Below, in pieces: positions 26,328 through 39,845 of a stretch of 64,000 nt of DNA. The position numbers were made by a program, and so were the translations under genes. The DNA lies in the NCBI GenBank assembly GCA_050575255.1, contig JBNZDD010013732.1:19375608-19439607 (forward strand). Reading direction: 5' to 3'. Numbering within the stretch: the first letter of the stretch is position 1; each line of letters begins with the position of its first letter. The notes under the pieces were generated by a model. It was not told the origin of the DNA, ran no database searches, and worked only from the letters and a program-made list of their open reading frames with translations. This stretch comes from Harriotta raleighana (Eukaryota).

Positions 26328-29300
26328 CTATGAATTAAAATAAGATTCAGACATTGAAGAGTGAAAGCAGTAATCAGAAGAGCTAAGTGATTATGCCTGA
26401 CTACGCTTTGAAAGATGCCTTCCCACACACCTCAGCTCCTCTGGAGTAGAGCAGAACTACCTCAGTGACAGAGTTAATCAGGTATCTGAAACAAGGATCA
26501 TCAATATCTCAGTTCATTTAGCCCCAGTATCTGCAAGGTGGCCATCAAATGAGATGGGTTTCCAGGAGCAATTGTACTGATTATGCTGGAGACTAATGCA
26601 CAATAATTCTCCGAATCACAATCCCCAACAATTCACAGAGAATTAAAGTTTGACTTGACTTAACAATCTCCATCGCTGAACATAATGTATACTCCATATT
26701 ACAATGAGAATCAGGAGCAGGCTGTTTACCATGCTTTGCATCTACAAGAGTATTTTTTTCTGTTTGAGAATTCAGCATTATTCATTAACCTTCCACTCAG
26801 AATATATCTGAATTATTTTCAGACTGGGTTTTATTATGACTAACAAGCAGAGCTGAGTGTCTGTTTCCATGTAATCAGCAAACAGTCAAGGGCAGGAACA
26901 AAGACACACACAGTGTTCTTCAAATCAAATGTGCTTTAAATTGCTACTGAACAGCTCCAATGTGAACAATGAGGCAGGTACAGTATTTTGAAATGCATTA
27001 ATGATGCTTAAATGTTTGGGTTTATTGGTTACATAATCAAATCTGCCTTTAAAACGATCAGATGGGAGAGGCACAGAATTGATCACATTTACTTTGATAT
27101 TTCCAATAGTAATACATCATTTATGACAGTGGAAGGTTGATCGACTGATTTGGATGCACTTAATCCAATAAGCACAAAGTTAATGCTATCCCAGAATCCA
27201 CCTGCTATAGATCCTAATCTATTCAGTACAGAAATATACTAGTTTATGTATCCAAATTAAGAGAACTCCCAAGACACAATGGTTGTGTCAGGCCATTAAA
27301 CGACCATGTGCCATTGAGTATATCCGCAGATCTCTTTTTTTTTAGCAGGAGAGTAATTTGTTTCAGTAGATTTGATTTGATTGGGTGAATGCTAATGGTT
27401 TACATATTTTTCATTGTTGAGGGCAAATCCTGCCATTGATCATTTAAATATCCAGCTGTCAATATTTTACCACCCCCTGGTGGCCAGCTCAAGCATGATC
27501 TTGGTTTAGGAGGCATTTCTTGGCTTCAATCAGCCTCCCTGGCAACTTGTTCCATTAGTTTACCCCTCTCTGGGTAAAGGAAAATTGCTTGGTGTTTATC
27601 CTAAAGTTACCATTTGAAATCCTAAATGTCTGTCCTCTTGTTCTACTGTTATTGTGCAGTACATGAAATCTATTTTTTTCAAAAGAAGATAAAACTTTTG
27701 CAAATTGTTGCTTGATGCCAGCTGTTCATTTCCATCAATTTGGTTGGTCCCTCTGGCTTTTAAAGAATATCTTGGGGGTAGTTTCCTCCCCCAAAATGAT
27801 TTGTACTCTTTCAGATGCTGAATAAGTAGCATAGATTTATAAAAACAGTGAATCTCCCAGAAACAGTCAACATCCGCTAGTAACCTCTACATTTGCCTTA
27901 CAAAATACACAATCACTAGACTCTACAGTATGTCATTGTGAAGCAATTTAAGATGTCCTCCCAACATTGAAACGTTCTATATCGAATGTAAAGATTACTG
28001 TTTTTATTGAGACTAATTTTAAAAAGTGGGTGTAAAATATATGATCATATTCACTAGCAATGTGAATCTTATGACCTGGTTTAAACCAATTGCTGTTTTT
28101 CATAACGGATTTACACCAGAGTTTATAGAATGATTTATGAAAAGAATACATACTACTATTTATGGTGTGTTTTTTTTCAACCACGTGAAAGNTCTACGGC
28201 TGAAAAGAATACATACTACTATTTATGGTGTGTTTTTTTTCAACCATGTGAAAGAAATTCCAGGAGTCCTGCACTTTCTTTGCTGGGAGATTTGATCNAA
28301 TACATACTACTATTTATGGTGTGTTTTTTTTCAACCACGTGAAAGAAATTCCAGGAGTCCTGCACTTTCTTTGCTGGGAGATTTGATCCTTTGATAAATT
28401 TCTATTCTCTGTGTGTTTTTTATTCCTGTTGCCTAGTGCAGTTAAATACAATCTATATCTTGCTTCTGAATCCTTTTTTATGGTCATACCTTGAATATCC
28501 TAGCAGATCTCATGAGGGAGCATTACATTATTTAGGAAATTGTGATGGAAACCTGCTCTGTGTTTCACTTGGATGGGGTGGCGTTGACAACAGAACAAAA
28601 CTAAGTTGGATTTATGTTTTCATTTCTTAAACAGTTCAGTTCTTCAACGATTGCATGGCAATGAGAAGGTCAAAGAATGATGCCCATAGAAGGATGGTGA
28701 ACTGCGTATTTTTGCTGCACTGCTTTTAAACAAAAAGTCCCCAAAGTGTTGTATGAACATTTTTTAAGCATGAAAGCCCATGGTAAAAAAAATTGTTGCA
28801 TGAATCCCTTGGGCTCAACGACATGTTCTCTTCAGCCAAGTGGAACTAGTCTGTTTGCTGCCATTCAAGTGCATGAAAGGCTTAACAGTCACCAATATCA
28901 GCGCCATTTCCCAACTAAATTAAATTGATGGCCATCATGGCAAGTCCCATCATTCTAATTCTAACACAATAGTTTCCCCCTATATAAAATGATGGAATCT
29001 ACAACCATAGGACTCGTACGTACCATTCACTCAAAGTCTCCCACTACTGTTCGCAGTTCTGGATCAACAAAAATACTGTATTTAAAAGTACAGAGCTATG
29101 GATGAAGAAATTGGGAACAGGGAATTAATCTGCTCAACGTTTTATTTAATCTTTAGTTATTTTTGGTCAGAACTGACTCATTTTGATTGGCTCACAGGTC
29201 AGGAGAGGGGGGGAAATTATGGCAAAGAAAATAAAAATTCAAACAAAATAGAGAAAATATTGGAAAGACGTTGTATCAAAGACAAGAATTATTATTATAA

Positions 29301-31297
29301 AAATAGTTAAGAACGCTCAACACCTAACTTGTTGTATGTCAGTCCTGTATATAGCAATCACTGTACCTGAATCAGCGACCTTGAGATGAGGGAAAGCAAG
29401 GCTTTTTAGGAGCAATCTCCTAATTTCCTTTTAAGGAATGTTGAATTCCTCGGACCCGGAATACTAATCTTGAAGAATGCATTGGAGCCGAGTTCCATAG
29501 GTCATCATCATGTACTTTTGGTTATCAGAAAGAATCTAATTTGAACAATTCTGATTCCTTAGTAAGGATTGCCTATACGAAAAATCTCTACTAACACTGC
29601 CCCTCCTCCCACCCCCACTTCATATTTTAATATTGACATTTATGAGAGTGTCTGAGCCATAAATATACCATTAATGTATATCTTTTTATAAGCGGAATGG
29701 GATACCAATTTTAAGAAAATTTGAGAGGCCTGTTCCATACTGCCGATAATTTCCAAAATAATGGACTGCCACAATTTAAACCCTAGGTATGAATTTTTAA
29801 TGGAAGCAATTTGATAACTGCAATCTGTGTCTTTCACTTACACTAAACGGCGCTGGCTGATTTAATTGAACAAATTCATCATTCCTTTACGAAGGTATAA
29901 TTCAGCTGTATAAATTTTCTGGTTGGTTTAGTCAAATATTCTGAGATGGAAATTACAATTTATTGTCCAGAGAAATGTACAGGCTTTGTGAAATGCTTTG
30001 AGACGTTCTCCCAACATGAAAGGTGCCATTTAAGTGCAAACTATTGTTGTTCCACACCCTTTTCTATGTAATTAAGTCCTGTCTAAAACAGGTTTGGTTG
30101 CTCACACCACAGCAATTCTCAGCCTCCAGATGAACAATTTGACGGGTGCTTGCACCCAGAGGTATTTATGAATGTTGACAATACCATTTAATCATGTGAA
30201 GCATGCTCTGCTTACGATCCAACTGCAATACTCTTCCAAAGAACTGACAGTGGTGGTTAACTGGCTGGATTGCCATCATTCATCATTTTGAGGGTAAAAT
30301 CATTTCAATATCATTCGGTTTCTTCCCAGGGTGTGACATTGCAAAATTCTCAGAGACAACATCTTAAACAAAATAAGGCATGTACACAAATGTAAGCATA
30401 GCTTGTGCCCAGGATCAGAATGTAGCCCCAGGAAATGGGACTTGGCAAACCCTTCACATTTTATTATTGTATCCAAACCACTAGGTATTGACTTGCATTT
30501 ATCTGAGAGTCCAGATAAAATTTCCAATAGGGGTTTAATCTATTTACAGTACAAGGGTTTTAATACAACATTCATTTTCAGAAGAGCTGTGCTCATGTTG
30601 CTTTTCTGGTATTGACAAAAACTGGTAATACTCCTTTGAACGATAGAATGTACTGAGTATATGTTTCTACTGACAAAACTCAATCTAGTGTGATTTCCTT
30701 ACAAATTCCATTCACACACCTCAGCGAATGTGAAATTGCTTCAATTAACTGATAAAGTCAAGCTTTAGCTTCCCACAGTAATGTATAAATATTTTAACGC
30801 TGCACCTTTTTATTCTTCACTAGACATTGTGACTGCATCAGAGTTCAAGGTTGTCTGTGAATGTAAAGTTCACATTGCCCATCTTTGGTAGAATTATTTT
30901 TGGAAAATTTCCTTCACTTTTATTACTCTTTAATTGTCTCATTTAATTTGAAATTAACACAAAATCATCTCTGTCCAAAAACATTGTAAGTTCTCACTGC
31001 AAAATACTTTGTGTCCAATTAAGTTTGCAGACAGTATTACTGGTATTCTAGTAGATTTTCCTATTACTGTATTATAATTTGGCTCTGTAAGCTTTAATGT
31101 CTTGCTGACAAGGTCCTGTACTAGATTGACACTAGGGCGAAATGGTCTGTCCTATGTATACTGTAAATACAATATTTACAAAGTTTTGAAGCAAAGGTTT
31201 AAATGAATATTGGAGGATTATTTTAATTAATTAATGGTAGATTTAAAGCAATACAGTGCTTTTTTTAAGGTAGTTTGTTTATTAAGAGGTACATGCC

Positions 31298-31423
31298 ATA
31301 ATTGGCTGCCGTGATTTGCCCACAAGTACCCAGTCAATTCACTTTACAGTATACTCTGTGAAGCGCTTTGAGACATCTAGAAGATGTGAAAAGCGTTACA
31401 TCAAATGCAAGGTTTATTATAAT
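31298..31423 (+). mobile_element. 3' half of the tRNA-SINE family
   Basis: Same 3' module. Confidence 0.75.
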
Positions 31424-32320
31424 TACCTACAGCATCGAAGGAGCCCAATCAGCCATTTGAGTTTGCACTGATTCACATACCTGCTTGGCAGAGCTTTCCA
31501 TATCCCAACAAGTCTCTGGTTCAAAAAAATCCTTTTAAGTACTCCTGTTTCTCTTCTTTTGGCTAGATTATAACTATGCCACTGACTTCAATGTCAGCAG
31601 AAATAACTTCTCTCTGTATAATAACTCCTGATTTGGCATGATATGACTGCAATATACGTTTATGTCCTTATCTTCCCAACCTGCAGTACTGCATTTCCTT
31701 TTTAAACTCACATTTAAATTCCTCCTTCAGGTTCCTTCAATTTTTGCAAAAGACTTTGGTGTATTTATTTATATATTTGTCTTAACTAATTTGCTCACAC
31801 TATTGACCAGACTTCAAAGTAGATGTCATTATGTATCTCATTAAGGAATAATAGGCTTAATCATGGCTGGGGTAGAGGTGGGGGGGTTGAAAAGCAAAAT
31901 GGAAACAACATCTGCTGTTAGTTTTGTGAAATGCGCTGCAGTTTTTCTTTTTGAAATGATCTTTTTGATGATGTGAGAAATTAATTTCTAAGTTCTTAAT
32001 AATTGCAACTCGAAATTTTCCTTTAATTGTCTATAAATTTTCTTCATTCCAATTTTAATTTCTTACATTTTCATTCAACTAGTTATTCTCTCATTTCAAG
32101 AGAGAAACAGTTGTCACTCTTCATTTGTGGAGTGGATATTTCATGATCCCAAATTGGGCACCCAAAAATATAATGACTAAAATTTGTAGTAAAATCTGTG
32201 ATGTACTTTGAGGCATTTTGGTAACTTGATAAGATGCTATATCAAATGCAAATATTGTATTATAAAGTACACACCGCATGTAAAAATATAAGTTAACAAC
32301 TACAGATACGCTCTAAGAAT

Positions 32321-32665
32321 TAATAATAATCCTTGCATTTCATATAGTGCCTTATCATGTTTTCGAGACGTCTCAAAGCACTTCACAGAATATACTGCAA
32401 AGTGAATTGACTGTATATGTTGTGGGTGAAATGCGGCAGCCAATTGAGTGACAATTTTAAAATTTATTTTAAAAATTAAGTTTGAAGGGATTATTACTTG
32501 GAATAGCATCCATCAATCGATGAGTAACTGGGATCCTACTTACTGCTTGGTACAGAGGCTTGTGAGGTAAGGAAACATGCTTAACATTTCGCCCTGGCCG
32601 GGAATCCTAATCTGGGCAGGAAGCGCAATTCAGTGGAAACTATACCTAACTGAGAACCAACTAAG
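32321..32665 (-). mobile_element. tRNA-derived SINE, near full length, same family as 59112-59474
   Basis: Reverse complement reads CAGGGCGAAATGTTAAGCATGTTTCCTT...GCAGTAAGTAGGATCCC...GTCAATTCACTTTGCAGTATATTCTGTGAAG...AAATGCAAGGATTATTATTA. Confidence 0.8.
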
Positions 32666-32939
32666 AGTCTTTGGTATGAATACAATGTAAGTGAAATAAA
32701 ATGTGAAACATGAGACAACACCAGCAGGAATTTTATCTGAGGAGTAAAAGTACCATGAAATGATTTAGGATTAACAGCAAGAATGGTGCAATCTTCATCA
32801 TTTGAAGAAAGATGAGATTTAGAAAATACTTTAGTGAGATGTTTAATGGTTTTTCTTTCCCAGAGAAGATTGACACAGATGTAAACATGCCTACCATAGG
32901 GAAGACTGACAACAATTAACCAGACAGAGTAAGACAAGG

Positions 32940-33480
32940 GTGAATGGGAGTGGTGCAGCTGGTAAACAGGAAAGCGCCAAATTCTGATGAAGCAACTTTA
33001 GACGTGTTAAAGGCAATCAAAAGTGGCAAATTTGGACAGCTGAGAGGATGAGAAAAAAAATGAGAGTATATACCAGAAGCTCCTTGAACCTCCAGAGACT
33101 GGGGCCATGGCAAGGAGACAATTATTCCAGATGGCCCTCTTAAGAAGTGCAACAACCGGAGGGAGGAGAAAAAATTGAGGAAGCACATTAATGATGTCCT
33201 TCCTCAATGCAACTGAGCAAGTTCCAGCAACTTAACATGTTCCAGTACCAGTAGATTATTTACTGGCCATCTTTTTACTAGGCATCAGAAACTTGAGAGC
33301 TATATTGAGTTTAGGGAGCCACTACATGTGAAATTTATTGATTTTGAAAAAAAAAAGCCTTTGGCACAGATCAAATATATGGGAGATTTAGAGATTTAAT
33401 GAAATCCCTGAAGAATTAGGAGGGGAAATGAGATCATTTTAAAGCAATGAATACTGAATGAAGGCTGAAGGAGAAACAGA
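32940..33480 (+). mobile_element. Highly decayed RTE-like LINE reverse-transcriptase remnant
   Basis: About 33307-33365 translates as EFREPLHVKFIDFEK..AF (frameshift in an A run), an RT motif of FIDxxKAFD type. Confidence 0.5.
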
Positions 33481-33604
33481 GGAAATTACTATGGAAGTGT
33501 AACAATATTTGTTAACGGTAATTCTGATACAGTGAATGTTGAGAAATATTTTGATGGTAAAGAACTTCAGTTACTTTGGACCTACAGACACAGACACACC
33601 AGTA

Positions 33605-34347
33605 CAGGCAGTCCTCAAGTTACGTCAGGGTTAGGTTCCTAAAATGTGGTGTAAGTCGAATTTGTATGTAAGTCGAGTCACCCCCCTATAATGCTTACAG
33701 TAACATACAGTGATTGGTTGTAGTGTATAGTGAGCTGCCCTCTCTCCCCTGCACCCCTCCTAATATGTACAGTACTGTAAATAAAATAAAATATTACTAT
33801 GTACTTACATGGCTTCATTGTGAGTCTGGCACTCGATGTAGCGCAACGCAGGAGATCACACGCGACGTAGCGCAACACAGGAGATCACACGCGATGTAGC
33901 GCAACGCAGATCACATGTGACGTAGCGCAACGCAGATCACGCGTGACGTAGCGCAACGCAGATCACGCGTGACGTAGCGCAACGCGGATCACGCGTGACG
34001 TAGCGCAACGCGGATCACGCGTGACGTAGCGCAACGCGGATCACGCGTGACATAGCGCAGTCTAAAGGCTGGAGAGTACTGTCCCGCCGAGTTCGCAGCC
34101 TCACACAGTGCCTGTACAGTTCACACTCGCGTCTCGCCTCCATCCTGTCCTGAACGCGTATTGTGGTCCCGTAAGTGTTGAGAGCGGCGACTCCAGTTTT
34201 CTATCGCGCGTGGGGCAACTAAAGTATTTACATAGCAGTGTCGTAACTTCGAGAACTTGGATGTAACTCGGACGTAATTTTACTGATTTTCAGTGTTGTA
34301 ACTTCGAATTGTCGTACCTCGAAACGTCGTAACTAGAGGACTGCCTG
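33605..34347. mobile_element. Tigger-like non-autonomous DNA transposon (743 bp)
   Basis: TIRs CAGGCAGTCCTC(A/T)AGTTACG match 19/20; TA duplication at 33603-33604 and 34348-34349; no transposase ORF. Confidence 0.9.
33834..34059. repeat. CpG-rich minisatellite (26-29 bp unit, ~8.5 copies) inside the transposon
   Basis: TAGCGCA recurs 9 times, at spacings of 29, 29 and then 26 six times; unit GACGTAGCGCAACGC(A/G)GATCACGCGT. Confidence 0.95.
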
Positions 34348-36924
34348 TATTGTACGTATTGCAGATGAAATCAGATCTGAGTTTATCAAATGATGCAGGC
34401 CTTAAAACTTTTTAAACCAGACAATGGAGACCTTATAAACTGACAACCCTTTTCCACATATCTGTGGACTTAACCATCATTGTGTTTAAAAGTGCTATTT
34501 ATTCAGCAGAGTGGGTGCTGACAGAGTCTCCTTAAAAAACACAAACTGTAGTGATAGCATTAGGTCCTCACATTACTTGCCTACATAACAACAGTCGTGA
34601 CACTTCATAGTAAATCACTGTTGCAAATGCTTTGAAACGTTTCAACAAGATAAGATGCTATATCAAATGCAACTATAATTCCCTGCTCAGGAAACTCACT
34701 GACTACAATAAAGCCACATGATATTGGTTGACCTAAAACGGGGTTCTCTATTGGTTTGGTTACTTGTAAAGAATGGATCCTGCGTCAAACTGAATCCAAT
34801 TTTGTAAAAGACTTAATGGTTTTTTTAACAGTGAAATAAGCGAGGAGGGGATGGGAGAATCAGAAGACAAACTTGGGTGATGAATTAGGAACAATTTGGA
34901 GAGGAGGGCTGAACTAAATTCAGGAAAAGTGTTGAGGAATTACAATATAAGGACAGGCTGAATGACCCCATTCACCTCGAGTGGTGTCGCCATCTGATGA
35001 TAATAATGAAATCACCCAGAGACCGAGCTGGTCCATTAACAGGTCATGTATTTTACATTACTGAACCTCTGCCATTGTGCAACTCGGCATAAAAACACAT
35101 TAAAATTAGGATCAACCGACAATGATGAAGAACATACGCTTAATTTGCTTAACATAGTTATGATCGTGAACCTCGGGTTGCTGGAAATTATTCATCTGGT
35201 GCCAAGAAGATAAAATTGTGGTACAAAATTAGTGTGCATCATTCTTCTGTTGATTAATTCAAATGTCAATTAGGGTAACATTATATAGGCTCTTGAATCA
35301 GTCAGTACGCAGACAGCTGGTTTGTGCTCTGCGTCTGCGGCTAGCAAATCATTTGTCTCATTTGGAAAGATATAGGAGAGGTTCCGGACTTTTCACCATT
35401 TTAGACTTTTGAAAAAAAGCACAGGTAAATTGAGCATTTAAAGATGGGAAGCTGCTGACAAAATGACCTTCAGTAGAATGAGCACTGGCTGACTGCAAAT
35501 TTAAATTTTGGGACAGAATGCCAATAAATCAGCACAACTCAAGTTAGTTTGAATGCTTGAATACACTATTCCTTGATTTGTTCACACCTGTCTCAGCAGA
35601 ATTCATGATTAGTATTAAAAACACAGTTCAGTGATTTTCACTGTTAAATAAGCCTTTTGGAATCTCAAATAAATTCACTTTAACTGACTGTAAAATAGAA
35701 GATGCCTAACAGCTACCTTATTTTTAGAACAACCTTTGAGGACTCTTAAAAAAAATTTCCTCTGATTTGCTCCTTTCTCTTCTGTAATATCCGGGAGGTA
35801 CAGTTCCACAGTCCTCAATCCCCATTTGTTCACTCCTCAATATCAGTAAAAACCCACCTCCTCTATTCAAAGCTGAAGTGGTGTCAGTCAAAGCCTTGTA
35901 TGGAGTATAAACACTGGCACAGGCCAAATGGCCTGTTTCCATGTTGTATGTAACTGTGTATAATGGTACAGAGACTGTAGGCTCAGAAAAGCTCCGACAC
36001 ACATATTGAGTGGCTCGTTAACTAGCAGTATTGCCCACCCAGTATCTGTCTGCAGATACTGCAGCTTTTTTTTATTGCTTTGCAAATTACTAATACTGTA
36101 TGTCACTATTAGCAAAATCTAAACTAATGTGTTTCTGCAACAGAATTTCACAGCTACAAATGGAAGCCGTGTGACATAACAGATCTTCAGGCAGCTTCTG
36201 TAAATACATCAACAAATGTTAGAAATCTCTAGACCCCTTTTCCAAAGTGGATATTACAGATGAGTTAGAGCAGGAATGAAAGGCAGACTTTAATTTATAT
36301 CTATAGCTTTGCCTCTAGGTGATACAAAGGAAAAACACCCATTTAAGCTATATTCAAAAACGATATTCGGATCACGAAAGCCTTTTGGCTCATTTATCTC
36401 ATTATTCCACAGTTCTAATCCTACCAACTTCTCATTATAAACATCCAGCTGTTCCAATGTACCTATTTGATAATTTAGAAGTCAATGTGTTCCAATACTG
36501 TAAACCTATTTCATTTGGTTTCCACATATTTTCACTGAATGGCCCAGGCTTTGGGGCCCCAGATTTTTTTTATACTGTGGGCAGTGCAGAAATTAGTGCC
36601 TTGGGACATTTTTCTGATGTGAAAGGTGCTATACAAATGTAATTTGTTGTTTGTTTTTGTTGCGGATTTTCATCAAACTGCTACAGATTGCATCCATCCC
36701 ATTAAAGTAAAGGTGCATTTTAGTTATTTTTCATGGCCCATTTAATTTTGTTCTAAATCCTTCTGAGCATGAATGTAGCAAGATTAAATGGGATATAAAA
36801 ATTCCAGTTCTACACTTTATAAAAGTGAAAACGCTTGTGAGTATTCGGTTAAAATGTGCATTTTTATTTTTGGACTGTCTCTCACCAATCTGAAGCAGGT
36901 ATTTATTCTTGCCAGCTCTCAGTA

Positions 36925-37208
36925 CAGTAAACCCCTATTTATCCAGCACCCATGGGACCTGGCCAGTGGCGGTTAAACGTTTTTTCTGGTTGAATAGAAT
37001 TTTTTAAAAATTATTAAATATAATTTTTTTAATTTTTTTAAACAATTATTTTAACACATACCATATTAATAATGGACTAAATAATAACAGAATATTCTAT
37101 TAGTATATTATTATTTATACTTAACTTCGCAATTGCAGCACTGATTCGATGGGAAGGCAATAGTGCTAGTTAACGACTTTAAAAAGCAACGAGTTTAGAC
37201 CTAACGGC

Positions 37209-37249
<41 letters not shown>

Positions 37250-37469
37250 GACACACAGACAGACAAACACATATACAAACAGACACAGACCCTCAAAGCT
37301 AATCAGTCTGAATCCATCATATAAATTCTGTCCACAAATCTCACCCCTACCCCTACCCTATCCCTTTCCTCTCTCTCCCTCCCTCTCTCTCTTTCTGCAT
37401 CAACCTGCCTGCCATTTCTCTCTNTACTAGTTAACGACTTTAAAAAGCAACGAGTTTAGACCTAACGGC

Positions 37470-37504
<35 letters not shown>

Positions 37505-38069
37505 GACACACAGACAGACAAACACATATACAAACAGACACAGACCCTCAAAGCTAATCAGTCTGAATCCATCATATAAATTCTGTCCACAAATCTCACC
37601 CCTACCCCTACCCTATCCCTTTCCTCTCTCTCCCTCCCTCTCTCTCTTTCTGCATCAACCTGCCTGCCATTTCTCTCTCTCTCTCACTCCATTATGCTTT
37701 CCCCTATCTCTCTCTCTCTCTTTCCCCATATCTCATTCCCCCCTCTCTCTTTCCCTCCATTCCCCCCATCCTCTCTCTCTCCGTTTCCTCCGCTCCATTT
37801 CCCCGCGCCCCCCACACTCCCTCCCTCCCTCTCTGGCCGCTACCTGCAGCAGTATTTATTATGTATACAGTACTTAACTTCCCAACGACAGGCACATCTG
37901 AACGAGGTTAAAAAAAATACTACTTTTAAAAGGACCCGGAACGAGTTTAGACCCGACATTCAACACGTCGCCAGATAACTTCCGGTTAGTCGGATCAGGA
38001 CTTTTTTTTGAGATGGCAGTTGAATGGGTTTTCCAATTATTCAAGTCACGGATAAACAAGGTTTTACTG
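36925..38069. mobile_element. Tigger/pogo-like MITE, subfamily A, with (CA)n and polypyrimidine interior
   Basis: TA|CAGTAAACCCCTATTTATCC ... CGGATAAACAAGGTTTTACTG|TA; length inflated ~260 bp by the duplication around N37424. Confidence 0.85.
37212..37247. repeat. (CA)n microsatellite; a shorter allele is repeated at ~37473
   Basis: Read directly from the sequence. Confidence 0.9.
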
Positions 38070-39037
38070 TAATATGGTATTGTGGTTTTCAGATAGATTG
38101 AAAAGTTATCTAAGTTAGTGAGACCAAGCGAAAGATATTGAACAGAGTGCTGCAGTCAGTACAATAAGTAGAATGTATAGGAAGCATGTGCCAACAAACG
38201 TTATAGCAACACTTTTAAAATAAAATGAAACAATTGCGGTGATGTAGTCCACAGACAACTGTTTGAAGGATTTCCTGATGATTAGATTGCACCCAGTAAT
38301 CCTATGCACTCAGCGGTTTACATCAAGTCAAGATTGTATTGCTATTTCCTGAATTAATCTATTTTCATAAATTGTTATAAAATGCCTTTCATCAAGGCTT
38401 TTGCGCTATAAAATGCCAGTCTTTGGGTATTGAAAAAACTGCAATGGTAACCTGGAATACTCTTTGTCTTCCTAACAACAAAAGACATTTGGTGTCTAAG
38501 GATTTCATGTAGTGTTTGAGAGCCTGTCCAACTTTAAGTGTTCAGTTCCACAGTTACCACACAGCTGTCTGATCCTTCACTGCAATCCCCACACTCCCTC
38601 ACAATGCATTTCCTTAGCCTTACCACAGCCTTGTGAGTTTCTCAAAAAAATTCTGAAAATAGACAGATAAAAGTCTCAAAACACATTAATAAGAGTTTAC
38701 ATGGAGCCCTATCAGGCTATAAATTCCAACCACTGCTATAACGGAGTACAATAGCTGGTTTCTGAGATGGAAGATAAACTGGATCTCCTAGTATAGTGAC
38801 TGCTTTGGAGGAAAATGCAAAAGCCATTTGTACCAGCAAGGTGGCACAAACATGCATGGAATGAATGAAGTTATTGTGGGAAACTGTGGATTATTTTTAT
38901 TATTAGTAAACCAGGAGATTCTCTTTTCAAATAGTCACTGGCTCTTGAACATCCTACTGAACAGTCAGACAGGGTCTCATTCACCTATAAGACAGCATCT
39001 CCTGAAATGCAGCTCAAAGATTCCAGGTACCAAGATC

Positions 39038-39166
39038 CTTGGCTGCATGTTTCACCAACAAAATACACAGGCACTCCACTTTATAGTATGTTCTGTGAAG
39101 CGTTTTGAACTGTCTCAACAACGTGATTGGGCGCTACATCAAATGCAAGGATTATTATTATTATTC
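39038..39166 (+). mobile_element. 3' half of the tRNA-SINE family
   Basis: Same 3' module with a (TTA)n tail. Confidence 0.75.
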
Positions 39167-39775
39167 AACAAACCGCAATTGATTTCTAATTCTTGAACAT
39201 TAACTAAACCGCTCTCTCAAAGTAGTTAATTGAGCCCCCATTTTCCGAACTCCTGTGGTCCTGGTTGGCACTGAACTCACTATTAAAGCGCTGCGTGATT
39301 TCATGTGCAGAACTGCAGCCAGGGGCAAATAGTGCATCACATTAGCTGCTACTGTTTATTTACTGAACCAGAAAAGTATTATAGGCAAACTGTCCATATT
39401 TGTTTGAAACAGTGCAAAGGAAAAATTAAATATCATTGGTGTATCATATACATTTATTTGGAATATATTACATATTCAAAAAAGTAATGACTTCAAAGAC
39501 TTTTCAATATCAGAGCTGCAGCTAGATTTGAGTTCTTTCCCCATCATCAAGTCTCACTGTTAACCACATTTCAACTGGAATCTAATCCATTGTGCTTAAG
39601 GGGATTTATTTTAACGATGATATAACAAAAAATCTGGTTCATCCTCAGTCCAATGTTTATATATTTTTTACAAAATGAGTTTGGGATGTAACAGATGGTC
39701 TTCTTCCGGTTCTATACATTCCTATAGGAAAAAACCCTGAACAAACATTCAGTAAATTGTATTTTTACTATGAAA

Positions 39776-39781
39776 CATGCA
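39776..39781 (-). promoter_or_regulatory. RBFOX motif UGCAUG 9 nt into the intron after exon 4
   Basis: Pre-mRNA reads GTGAGTAACTGCATG; hexamer match only. Confidence 0.35.
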
Positions 39782-39790
39782 GTTACTCAC

Positions 39791-39845
39791 AGGTCAAATA
39801 TCAGGTAATGAAAACCTTCTTCCGATATGCTGTCATGGAGACGCA
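39791..39845 (-). CDS. CAMK2G: CaMKII gamma exon 4: (V)[17 protein letters not shown](L)
   Basis: 55 nt; acceptor CTTTCTTTCCCCCCAG, donor GTGAGT; phase 1/2; joins exons 3 and 5 in frame. Confidence 0.96.

Noticed and set aside
28139-28388. Triple tandem repeat
   Set aside because: The copies are separated by single Ns (28192, 28298), typical of contig-overlap artefacts.
33834-34059. CRISPR-like array of 26-29 bp palindromic repeats
   Set aside because: The units are contiguous with no unique spacers, there are no cas genes, and it lies inside a eukaryotic TIR element; it is a minisatellite.
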